This document shows positions 56,300 to 64,000 of a stretch of DNA of 64,000 bases, piece by piece; the first letter of the stretch is position 1, and every line of letters begins with the position of its first letter. The translations under genes and the position numbers were made by a program. Source of the stretch: a virus; UHGV virus genome UHGV-0134778. The stretch is one strand, 5' to 3'. The notes under the pieces were generated by a model, which saw only the letters and a list, made by a program, of their open reading frames with translations, was not told the origin of the DNA and made no database searches.

Positions 56300-56763
56300 T
56301 GGAAGACGGACGTTTAATGAAGTCTGAACGCAGGCTTATTGTGCAACTGATCCCGGAAACAGCTTGGTATAATAACCTCAGAAACGCTGTGAAGAAGAGT
56401 GAGTGGGATAAGATCCGTAAGAAGTGCTACAGAGAAGCCAACTACACTTGTGAGGTGTGCGGTGGTAAAGGCAGCAAACATCCGGTGGAGTGTCATGAAC
56501 TTTACACTTTCGAAGAGGGAGTGATCCGGCTTGTCGGACTGATAGCGTTGTGCCCAGATTGTCACACATCGGTGCATCCTGGTTTAGCAAATATCCGTGG
56601 AAAGTATGCTCAGGCAGTTAATCAGTTGGCTAAGGTGAATAAGATCACCAAGGGTATGGCAGAGGCGTATTACCGAGACTGCTTTGCAGAGTGGCGTGAG
56701 CTTAGTAAAGTTCCAGAATGGAAGACTGACTTTTCGTGGATAGAGGGTTACCTTGATGGCTAA
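56299..56763 (+). CDS. HNH family endonuclease
   Basis: ORF track gives 56260..56763, but GGAGGG RBS precedes the internal MEDGRL start; CEVCGG...ECHELY...CPDCH zinc-finger HNH pattern. Confidence 0.5.
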   Translation: MEDGRLMKSERRLIVQLIPETAWYNNLRNAVKKSEWDKIRKKCYREANYTCEVCGGKGSKHPVECHELYTFEEGVIRLVGLIALCPDCHTSVHPGLANIRGKYAQAVNQLAKVNKITKGMAEAYYRDCFAEWRELSKVPEWKTDFSWIEGYLDG

Positions 56764-57046
56764 GAAACCTGTAAAAGAGAAATTCGATAAGACAGCTTTT
56801 GTATTTGATACGCCTCTGGACGACATTATCAGAGGTATGCAAGCACTGTATCGAAAGGCTGAATCTGAGCAGTTGTCTGAATCAGAACTTTACTGGCTTG
56901 GTTGGTGGGAGTTAAACCTGCCTAAAGCTGAAAGTTCTTGTCTGAGAACTGTTAAAACGTGCGCCCAAGAAAACGCCGCACTTGGAATCTACCACAAAAG
57001 GAAAAGACCAACAAAAAGCTCTCCAAGAAAGACTAAAAAGTCTTGA
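56753..57046 (+). CDS. hypothetical protein with basic C-terminus
   Basis: 97-aa ORF. Confidence 0.35.
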   Translation: MMAKKPVKEKFDKTAFVFDTPLDDIIRGMQALYRKAESEQLSESELYWLGWWELNLPKAESSCLRTVKTCAQENAALGIYHKRKRPTKSSPRKTKKS

Positions 57047-57072
57047 CAAAAGTGCTATTAATCTGATATTAT
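57043..57072 (+). promoter_or_regulatory. sigma70-like promoter TTGACA-N18-TATTAT
   Basis: Located about 35 nt upstream of the 57106 gene. Confidence 0.45.
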
Positions 57073-57105
57073 CAGTCAGATATTTATAAACTAGGAGAAC
57101 TAGAC

Positions 57106-57414
57106 ATGCTTAAAATTTTTATTGTTGAAGATAAAGATATTGTCCAGTTGTATGCAAACGAGAATCATAAAGGTATGATCCTGAAGAAGGCAAGCAACCT
57201 TCATGAAAACACCATTCAACCTGGCGATGTAATTAAGATCTGTGGCTATCTGATACCAGACTCCTTGATGAAAATAACCCACCACTGGGGGTCTAATCCG
57301 TTCCTTTTTGAAAAATATTGGGATGTTGAGTCACTTATTGCAGAGAGTGATGATGCATTCCATTACAGCATCCAACCATCTTGCAGAATAACTAACAGGA
57401 GGGTCTTTGAGTAG
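57106..57414 (+). CDS. hypothetical protein
   Basis: 102 aa with AGGAGAA RBS. Confidence 0.4.
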   Translation: MLKIFIVEDKDIVQLYANENHKGMILKKASNLHENTIQPGDVIKICGYLIPDSLMKITHHWGSNPFLFEKYWDVESLIAESDDAFHYSIQPSCRITNRRVFE

Positions 57415-58546
57415 AGAATATCCGCTTATTGAGTCCATAGATTGTCTAGCTGATCTTCTTGAACCTGACGCTATAGTTTATTATGACTTCGATCAGGTTG
57501 CATATCAAGCTGCAGCAAGTTGTGAAAAAAGGACAATTGAGGTAACACATAAAGCCTCAGGACGTAAGAAGGTGTTTAAAACACGAACAGAGTTTTGGGG
57601 GAGACAGAAGAACGCAGTTGGTGGTTGGTTAAAGGCTGAGAACACCAACCGTGAAGCTGCATGTAAAAAAGCTGGTAAGGAGTTTATTCCGTGGACACGA
57701 GAAGATTTCGATGTCTTGGATATCCAAACCCCTGATCCTGTAGAGAACTGCTTGCACACAATTAAGTGTAAAGCTAATGCAGTCCTTAACTATCTCGGTA
57801 TTCCTGAAGATCGGTGCGTAGGAGTGCTTGGGGGTACTGGTAATTTCAGACTAGATCTTCCCATGCCGGAACGATATAAAGCCAACCGTAACAATACTCT
57901 TCGACCACTGTTGCTTGAAGATGCAAGACAGTATCTCCAAAAGCAATATAACGCTCAAGTGATCAACGGTATTGAAGCTGACGACTGGTTAGCTATCCAG
58001 CAATTTGAAGGTTGGAACCACTACCAGAAAACAGGCAAGTTCAACAAGTTTATTATCTCTATAGATAAGGACCAGCGAACACTTCCTGGGCTTGTATTCG
58101 ATCCGATGAGGAACGATAAAGGTGATTTTGTAAGAGAGACACCTATGCTCATTGATAACGGTATGGGTAACATATTCATGAAACCAAACGGCGATGTTGG
58201 TGGGTATGGAATGTTGTTCTTCGGTTATCAAATGCTATGTGGTGACTCAGCTGACAATATTAAGCCTTACCAAGGTCTTATTGGTAAAGGGAAGTTTGGA
58301 GATGCATCTGCATTCTCCTTGCTGTCCCAGTGCAGCACACCGAAAGAGATGTGGTTAACAATCATTGATCAGTATAAAAAATGGTTTCCGAAAGGTGCTG
58401 TTAAGTATACCGATTTCAATGGTATCGACCGTAGGATTTCCGTAGGTCAGTGGATGAGTATAATTTTTGACTGTTTGTATATGAAGCGAACATTCAATGA
58501 TCAAACAAAACTTGTTAACGTTCTTAGAAATGTTGGAGCAATTTGA
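57407..58546 (+). CDS. 5'-3' exonuclease / flap endonuclease (FEN family)
   Basis: YKANRNNTLRP...VINGIEADDWLAI matches the Pol I 5'-nuclease/T5 D15-type signature. Confidence 0.6.
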   Translation: MSREYPLIESIDCLADLLEPDAIVYYDFDQVAYQAAASCEKRTIEVTHKASGRKKVFKTRTEFWGRQKNAVGGWLKAENTNREAACKKAGKEFIPWTREDFDVLDIQTPDPVENCLHTIKCKANAVLNYLGIPEDRCVGVLGGTGNFRLDLPMPERYKANRNNTLRPLLLEDARQYLQKQYNAQVINGIEADDWLAIQQFEGWNHYQKTGKFNKFIISIDKDQRTLPGLVFDPMRNDKGDFVRETPMLIDNGMGNIFMKPNGDVGGYGMLFFGYQMLCGDSADNIKPYQGLIGKGKFGDASAFSLLSQCSTPKEMWLTIIDQYKKWFPKGAVKYTDFNGIDRRISVGQWMSIIFDCLYMKRTFNDQTKLVNVLRNVGAI

Positions 58547-58869
58547 TGACTAAAAATTCTGTAGATAATGCAATTATGGAAGCTGTTTTTGAGGATGATC
58601 ATACAACAGGGACCCTTAAAACAAAAAATACATTTATTGTTGCTACAGGTATGTGGCGGTTGTATGAAGATGACACTATTGCATACATCTTGTATACTGA
58701 TGATTACGCAGATGATCGTGTATGGTCTGCTGTTTTAAAAGAAGATTGTGAGCTGATTGAGGGCGAGCGGTTATGCATGTTTACCAGCGTGGAAACAGAC
58801 GTTAAGCTTTGCTCTCTTGTGCTATTCAAAGACAAAGCTTATTCCCCAGATGAAGAGGAAACAGCATGA
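58543..58869 (+). CDS. hypothetical acidic protein
   Basis: 108-aa ORF. Confidence 0.35.
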   Translation: MMTKNSVDNAIMEAVFEDDHTTGTLKTKNTFIVATGMWRLYEDDTIAYILYTDDYADDRVWSAVLKEDCELIEGERLCMFTSVETDVKLCSLVLFKDKAYSPDEEETA

Positions 58870-59495
58870 GAGAAAGACTGCTGTCTATAGACCAGTCTCT
58901 TACCCACACAGCCTGTGTTGTATGGGACGATGGTAGGCCTGTTCATAAGGTTGTGTTACGCACCCAAAGCTCATCTGCAAAAGAGAAGAAACCAGGGACG
59001 GTTTCTTTTGCAACAGCGGCTGAGCGTATTGACTGGATCTGCAAACAGGTTAGATATTATATCCACACGCACGGCGTTGACACCGTGGTTATGGAAGGGC
59101 TCTCCTTCGGATCGCGAGGAGATGCCACACGTGAACTGGCTGGGTTGTTTTACGGTCTTGAAGTTATGCTTTGGGATGCTTTAGCAGATTGTGAAAATGA
59201 CGGCCTGTTTAAGGTTCACACAGTGACACCAACAACTGCCAAAAAGTTTGCTCGTAGTCATCTTCCTGAAGAACTTGCTTTTGAGGAGAAGAAAAAGCTT
59301 GACAAAAGGACAGGTAAAGAGCATACTGTGAAGAAACCTGTTACGATGGATAAAAAGTTGATGGTTAAGGCCTGCGAAGTATCTGAACCCGGGTTCCTGG
59401 ATGGGATCAACTTGGTACAAGGTAAGGCCGATCTCGCAGATGCTTATTGGATAGGTAGGGCGCATCTGGAGGGATTATCGCAAAGCGTAAAATAA
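58866..59495 (+). CDS. RuvC-like Holliday junction resolvase
   Basis: LSIDQSLTHTACVV start motif and ADAYWIGRAHL C-terminal motif. Confidence 0.5.
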   Translation: MRERLLSIDQSLTHTACVVWDDGRPVHKVVLRTQSSSAKEKKPGTVSFATAAERIDWICKQVRYYIHTHGVDTVVMEGLSFGSRGDATRELAGLFYGLEVMLWDALADCENDGLFKVHTVTPTTAKKFARSHLPEELAFEEKKKLDKRTGKEHTVKKPVTMDKKLMVKACEVSEPGFLDGINLVQGKADLADAYWIGRAHLEGLSQSVK

Positions 59496-59572
59496 GAAAG
59501 AAAGCTGTCAAAGCCCCCGTCCATAGCGGGTGGCTAAAAGATTCTAAGGACATAGCCGACTTTCGGAAAGAA

Positions 59573-60052
59573 TTGTCAGAAGAGCAGGATGGTCTTGATC
59601 CAATCTTGTGCGAACCACTTCGTAAGCCTTGTTTAGATCATGATCATCTGACTGGTCGTTGCAGGGGTGTTTTGTCCCAATGCACTAATACCTTTGAGGG
59701 GTATGTGCTTAAATACTGGATGAAATACTGTAACGAGTATACAGATTGCAGTTTATCAGAGGCGTTACGCCGGATGGCTGACTATCTGGAGAAAGACTAC
59801 AGCGACTTCCCGCTCCACAAAAACTACAGAGATGATATGACAAAGTTCTTGAGGAGATGCTCTAAAGCTACGATTATTGCACGTGCAGAATCAGATCTCG
59901 GTCTTGTCATTAATTCAGAGTATACCAAGCATGAGGCTATTGAGTCCTACATGCAGGAGTTTATAAAGAAAACTGAGGAGAGAGATTTCTATGGGGACGA
60001 AAAAGGTATTCAATCCTTGCGATTCAGTTCTGATCAGGATGAAATACCGTAA
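59573..60052 (+). CDS. endonuclease VII-like (His-Me finger) junction nuclease
   Basis: CLDHDHLTGRCRGVLSQCTN parallels T4 endo VII HLDHDH...GKVRGLLCNLCN. Confidence 0.6.
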   Translation: MSEEQDGLDPILCEPLRKPCLDHDHLTGRCRGVLSQCTNTFEGYVLKYWMKYCNEYTDCSLSEALRRMADYLEKDYSDFPLHKNYRDDMTKFLRRCSKATIIARAESDLGLVINSEYTKHEAIESYMQEFIKKTEERDFYGDEKGIQSLRFSSDQDEIP

Positions 60053-60212
60053 CTGGAAAGGTGTTGTTGCAGATCGCTGCGTTACTGAGCCTAATTTATG
60101 GTTTGGCTCTACAGAGTATCATAAAGAAGAGCAGTGGTTGATGCATGCATTTGACGTAGATAAGGGCGAATACCGTGACTTCGCTTTAAAAGACATTCTT
60201 CAGTTTTACTAA
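59991..60212 (+). CDS. hypothetical protein (start likely internal, about 60039)
   Basis: 73-aa ORF overlapping the end of the endo VII-like gene. Confidence 0.3.
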   Translation: MGTKKVFNPCDSVLIRMKYRNWKGVVADRCVTEPNLWFGSTEYHKEEQWLMHAFDVDKGEYRDFALKDILQFY

Positions 60213-60224
60213 GGAATCTTAACG

Positions 60225-61208
60225 ATGATGACAAAGTTAACTCTTGAGCAAATTTTAACACTAAAGCAACAGGGATACACTAATAGACAAATTGCTCGTG
60301 AATTTTTAGGGCGTGAGTCGCGTGAAAGCTGGATCCGACTACAGCTTAAACGTGCACAAGAGAATATGTCAGAGATTGTAGGAGAGGCAACGGAGCGCTT
60401 CCTTGAAGAACATAAAGGTGCTAAAGTTTGGGTGTATGACACAGAGACATCTCCAACAAACGGCTGGTTCTTTGGGCATTATAAGACCAACATTCAAACC
60501 TGCGGTATTGAAATTATGCCCTATATGCTGACTTTCGCAGGTAAGTGGTTAGATAGCCCTAGCGTGGTTGACTGTGGTCTTCCTGATTACAAAATGTGGG
60601 ACGAGGATATCCACAACGATCTTGAACTGATTCAAGATTTGTGGTATTATCTGGATAAATGTGATGTAGCAGTAGCGCACAACTCCGGTTTTGACTGTGG
60701 GTGGGCCAACCAACGATTTGCATTTCACGGTTTGCCGCCAACAAGTCCATACAAAGAGGTTGACACCCTCAAGATGATTAAAAAGGCATTCCGTTTGAAT
60801 GCAAACACGTTAGAGTATGCATGTAAATACTTCCAACTGGCCCGACAGAAGCTGATTGACCACACATTTGAAATGTGGATCAAGTGTGTTCATGGTGATC
60901 TTGAGGCGTTTAAACAGATGCGGGAGTATAATGTTGGGGACATCTTGTCTCTGGAAGGCCTGTATTTGCTGGCGCGTCCGTTTGCTAAGCAGCACCCCAA
61001 CATGTCATTGTACTACCAAGATGAGGAGTCAAAAGTTCGTTGCCCACGTTGTGGTGGAGAACACCTTCACGAGGAAGAAGCTTTGGCGTATACTCAGCTG
61101 AGTGCATTTAAAACATACCGCTGCGAAGGTTGTGGATCTGTTGTTCGTGATCGTAACAACATCCGTACTAGGGAAGAGATGAAAAACACCCTTATTCAGA
61201 TAATCTAA
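60225..61208 (+). CDS. DEDDy 3'-5' exonuclease with C-terminal zinc finger
   Basis: Exo motifs VYDTETS, HNSGFD, YNVGD; CPRCGG...CEGCG zinc ribbon. Confidence 0.55.
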   Translation: MMTKLTLEQILTLKQQGYTNRQIAREFLGRESRESWIRLQLKRAQENMSEIVGEATERFLEEHKGAKVWVYDTETSPTNGWFFGHYKTNIQTCGIEIMPYMLTFAGKWLDSPSVVDCGLPDYKMWDEDIHNDLELIQDLWYYLDKCDVAVAHNSGFDCGWANQRFAFHGLPPTSPYKEVDTLKMIKKAFRLNANTLEYACKYFQLARQKLIDHTFEMWIKCVHGDLEAFKQMREYNVGDILSLEGLYLLARPFAKQHPNMSLYYQDEESKVRCPRCGGEHLHEEEALAYTQLSAFKTYRCEGCGSVVRDRNNIRTREEMKNTLIQII

Positions 61209-61214
61209 CAAATA

Positions 61215-61244
61215 GAGGGAGGCTTGCGCCTCCCTTTTCCTTTT
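61215..61244 (+). terminator. rho-independent terminator
   Basis: GGGAGGC-TTGC-GCCTCCC hairpin followed by TTTTCCTTTT. Confidence 0.55.
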
Positions 61245-61253
61245 GGAGGCACT

Positions 61254-62060
61254 TTGAGCAAGAAAGAGTCCAACGACAAATATTACACAGACCCCGAGTA
61301 TGCAGAATATCTTGTTGGTAAAGTAAAAGGTAAGTATGGGAATTGTGCATACGTTGAGCCTTCTGCTGGAAAGGGTTCTTTTTCAAAACTATTTTCAGAG
61401 ATACTGTCGTATGATTTGGTACCAGATCCTGAATTTGAAGGCCCAACCCCGTGTATTAAGGCAAACTTCTTAGAGGTGTATCCCAAGGCCGATGTATTCA
61501 TAGGTAATCCTCCATTCGGCAAAAATTCGTCTTTAGCTTGCAAGTTCTTTAACCACTGTGCATCATTGCTAGAGCCTGGTGGAGCTATAGCCTTCATCTT
61601 GCCACGGACTTTTGAAAAAATATTTTTTGCAAACAAACTGGACATGTCGATGCACCTTATTTACAGTGAAAGGTGCCCCAAGAACTCGTTTTTACTTAAC
61701 GGCAAACCTTATGACGTGCCATGTGTTTTCCAAATTTGGGAGAAAAAGGTGTGCAGTAGGGATCCTGTAGAGATCGGGGAGAATAAGTTATTTTCTTTTG
61801 GCACACCGAATGATTATGACTTCTGTATAAGACGTGTTGGGTATAATGCTGGGAAAGTATTGGGAGATGATGACCCAAAATCTGAAGAATCAACATATTT
61901 CATAAAATCTTTAGTTGATGGTATTGACAGAGTGTTTGTTGAGTGCTATTCTTCTTTTCAAGAAGAAGCAGGTAAGACTGCTGGAATGAAGAGTATAGGC
62001 AAGAAAGAACTACAATACATTTTGGAGACCAGGTATGATCAAAAGCATAGACTTGACTAA
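61254..62060 (+). CDS. N6-adenine DNA methyltransferase
   Basis: ORF track gives TTG at 61224 inside the terminator; in-frame TTG at 61254 has GGAGG RBS; motifs VEPSAGKGSF and NPPF. Confidence 0.55.
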   Translation: MSKKESNDKYYTDPEYAEYLVGKVKGKYGNCAYVEPSAGKGSFSKLFSEILSYDLVPDPEFEGPTPCIKANFLEVYPKADVFIGNPPFGKNSSLACKFFNHCASLLEPGGAIAFILPRTFEKIFFANKLDMSMHLIYSERCPKNSFLLNGKPYDVPCVFQIWEKKVCSRDPVEIGENKLFSFGTPNDYDFCIRRVGYNAGKVLGDDDPKSEESTYFIKSLVDGIDRVFVECYSSFQEEAGKTAGMKSIGKKELQYILETRYDQKHRLD

Positions 62061-62493
62061 AGAGCTTTCCGATGCAAAAGCTTTTGGTGAGACAGCCGTG
62101 CAAAGGGGGCAGGCTATGGGGCTGGCACTACCTTTTGTCTTAAAAGAGCATTTTACAGATTTTCAGCTTATCCGGGGTGAAAAGGGTATGCTTATTCTGG
62201 AACATAAGCTGAGTAAGAAACGTTATAAAGTTGTTTTTAATTCTAAAGCTCCAACAAAACTTGGATTCAGAACTTACAATCTCAACCCTTCTTATACTAA
62301 GGGTGTTGGAAGAGTGGAGCAGCAGCATTTCAGTGCTAGAGCTTCTTTAGCACCTTTGATGGTAAATTTCTCAGGTGTGGCTTTAGGATACCTAGATAAG
62401 AAAAGAGTTCTTCATGTTCGTTTTACAGACTTTATAACGCTTTTAGCTAACAACGAAGTAGATGAAAAGGGACGTGTAAAAACAAACTTCTAA
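62035..62493 (+). CDS. hypothetical protein
   Basis: 152-aa ORF overlapping methyltransferase 3' end. Confidence 0.35.
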   Translation: MIKSIDLTKELSDAKAFGETAVQRGQAMGLALPFVLKEHFTDFQLIRGEKGMLILEHKLSKKRYKVVFNSKAPTKLGFRTYNLNPSYTKGVGRVEQQHFSARASLAPLMVNFSGVALGYLDKKRVLHVRFTDFITLLANNEVDEKGRVKTNF

Positions 62494-62508
62494 TAACGTG
62501 CAGTATGA

Positions 62509-62712
62509 TTGGAGACCGCAATGACACCAGAGTTAACAATTCCAGACAGCTTTTCAGAAAGCTTTATCCCAGAAATGATGAAGAAGATGCGATCACTGCT
62601 TGATCAGATTGAGGAGGCTGTTTGGGAAGACGATGCTGTAGTAGCTAACGAGCTGGTAGATAAGTGTAAAAGTATTATTGATGCAGTTGAAGAATACCAC
62701 GGAGGTTTTTAA
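62509..62712 (+). CDS. hypothetical small acidic protein
   Basis: 67-aa ORF with GGAGACC RBS. Confidence 0.35.
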   Translation: METAMTPELTIPDSFSESFIPEMMKKMRSLLDQIEEAVWEDDAVVANELVDKCKSIIDAVEEYHGGF

Positions 62713-63314
62713 TGGATATTATTGTTCTTAATGCTCCACCAAGTTCTGGAAAAGACCATATCGCAGATCTTTTGTTGGAAGCCATTCCAAACTCGCATCA
62801 CCGAGAGGTAAAGGAAATGCTATTCAGTGTGGCAATTAAGGCAGCTGGTATTTCACCGCAGTTGTGGAATGCACTCTATGATCGCCGCTACAAAGAAGAA
62901 CCGTGCCCGTTCTTAATGATAGACGGCAAGCATGTTTCTCCGCGAGAATGGATGATCCATTGTAGTGAAAATCTGATTAAACCTATCTTTGGTGAAGACG
63001 CTTTCGGTAAGGCCGCAGTCGCATCCTTGAAGAAAGATTTCCCTGAAGGTAAAGGGGTTGTTGTTTACTCCGATGGTGGCTTCAAAGAGGAGCTGGCATG
63101 CCTTGGCGAGTACGCATACAGCACAGGTGGCGATCTTCTACTGTTCCGTATCCACCGTGCAGGATATGATTGGGGAAATGATTCCAGAACTTACCTTAGC
63201 CTAGAGAAGAACGGGATAAAAGGTATCGAGTTTGATGTTGTTAACCCTGAGGGGTCTCCTTGGGAGTGCGCATCTGAGATTGTGTGCAAGTATATTGATG
63301 CTAAAGAGGTCTGA
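62712..63314 (+). CDS. deoxynucleoside monophosphate kinase-like P-loop protein
   Basis: N-terminal NAPPSSGKDH parallels T4 gp1 SGVKRSGKDT. Confidence 0.45.
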   Translation: MDIIVLNAPPSSGKDHIADLLLEAIPNSHHREVKEMLFSVAIKAAGISPQLWNALYDRRYKEEPCPFLMIDGKHVSPREWMIHCSENLIKPIFGEDAFGKAAVASLKKDFPEGKGVVVYSDGGFKEELACLGEYAYSTGGDLLLFRIHRAGYDWGNDSRTYLSLEKNGIKGIEFDVVNPEGSPWECASEIVCKYIDAKEV

Positions 63315-63319
63315 GAACA

Positions 63320-63913
63320 ATGCTGATCGGAATTGATGTAGATTTAACACTGGTAGACTCAGGAACAGCATGGTGGGAGTGGCTAGAGCGTTTATATGGT
63401 CCAGCCAGCAAGACAGTCGCTAAACCTTCTAACGGACTGATGTATTACGATCTGTCAAAGTATTGGCCTGATCGCCCCAAAGAAAACATCATAGGGCCTT
63501 TTGATTTCTGGAGTGACCCGTTCCTCTACGACTTTCTTAAGCCTGAAGAGGGGGCTATTGAGGTTATGAAAGATTTGGTGGCTCGTGGTCACAAGCTTGC
63601 ATTTATCTCTGTATGCAAGAAAGGTCACCTTGCATCTAAATCAAGGTTCTTAAAGCGTTGGACCAGCGATTTTATGGATCTTGACGATCACACCCAGGGC
63701 CACGGCTTCTATGCCACACATTTCAAAGGTAATGTGGCTGTAGATGTTATAATTGACGACAGGCATGAATACCTGAACCAATTCGCTTCACGCCCTGAAG
63801 TTATTAAAATCTTAAAAGACACTCCTTATGAGCAATTCGAGGAGTTGAAGGTCAGTGTTGACTATACCACCAATAGTTGGTATAAAATAGGAAAGTTTTT
63901 AGAAGGTATTTGA
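63320..63913 (+). CDS. HAD-family phosphatase / 5'-nucleotidase-like
   Basis: HAD motif I GIDVDLTLVD (DxDxT). Confidence 0.45.
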   Translation: MLIGIDVDLTLVDSGTAWWEWLERLYGPASKTVAKPSNGLMYYDLSKYWPDRPKENIIGPFDFWSDPFLYDFLKPEEGAIEVMKDLVARGHKLAFISVCKKGHLASKSRFLKRWTSDFMDLDDHTQGHGFYATHFKGNVAVDVIIDDRHEYLNQFASRPEVIKILKDTPYEQFEELKVSVDYTTNSWYKIGKFLEGI

Positions 63914-63914
63914 A

Positions 63915-64000
63915 ATGGGCAGATGTTCTAAAGGTGGCGATCCTGTAGTCAGATACGGTGACTGGCTAGAGGTATATGATCTTGGAGGTAAGCTAGTGTA
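63915..64000 (+). CDS. hypothetical protein, 5' fragment
   Basis: ATG at 63915 overlapping previous stop; frame open to window end. Confidence 0.3.
   Translation, partial: MGRCSKGGDPVVRYGDWLEVYDLGGKLV

Noticed and set aside
1-64000. Prophage integrase, attachment sites or rRNA genes
   Set aside because: No tyrosine or serine recombinase motifs, no flanking host genes, and no rRNA-like sequence; consistent with a virulent phage genome segment.

Overview
This window reads as part of a virulent tailed-phage genome with a contractile tail, probably infecting an enterobacterium (lambda-R-like endolysin, E. coli-like tRNAs, sigma70-consensus promoters). From 1 to about 45.6 kb a minus-strand late module runs i-spanin/o-spanin, a terminase large subunit split by a group I intron carrying an HNH homing endonuclease, portal, scaffold, capsid, sheath, tube, chaperone, tape measure, baseplate and at least eight fibre or spike genes. 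At 45.7-46.5 kb sits a minus-strand cluster of seven tRNA genes (Pro, Met, Thr, an atypical 97-nt Lys-like gene, Ser, Tyr, Arg). At 46.6-50.4 kb are small minus-strand genes, two GC-rich structured intergenic islands, four phased palindromic repeats, and a split polynucleotide kinase and metallophosphatase. From 50.5 kb a plus-strand module encodes T4 Rnl1-like RNA ligase, a zinc-ribbon-less Sir2 protein, DNA ligase, endolysin, several nucleases and an adenine methyltransferase. The most interesting candidates are the tRNA-repair cassette beside the tRNA cluster, the Sir2 gene in the same operon, the atypical tRNA-Lys-like gene, the intron in the terminase gene, and the repeat/GC-island region at 48.5-49.0 kb. 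All calls rest on reading the ORF translations and sequence by eye; no database search or structure prediction was run.
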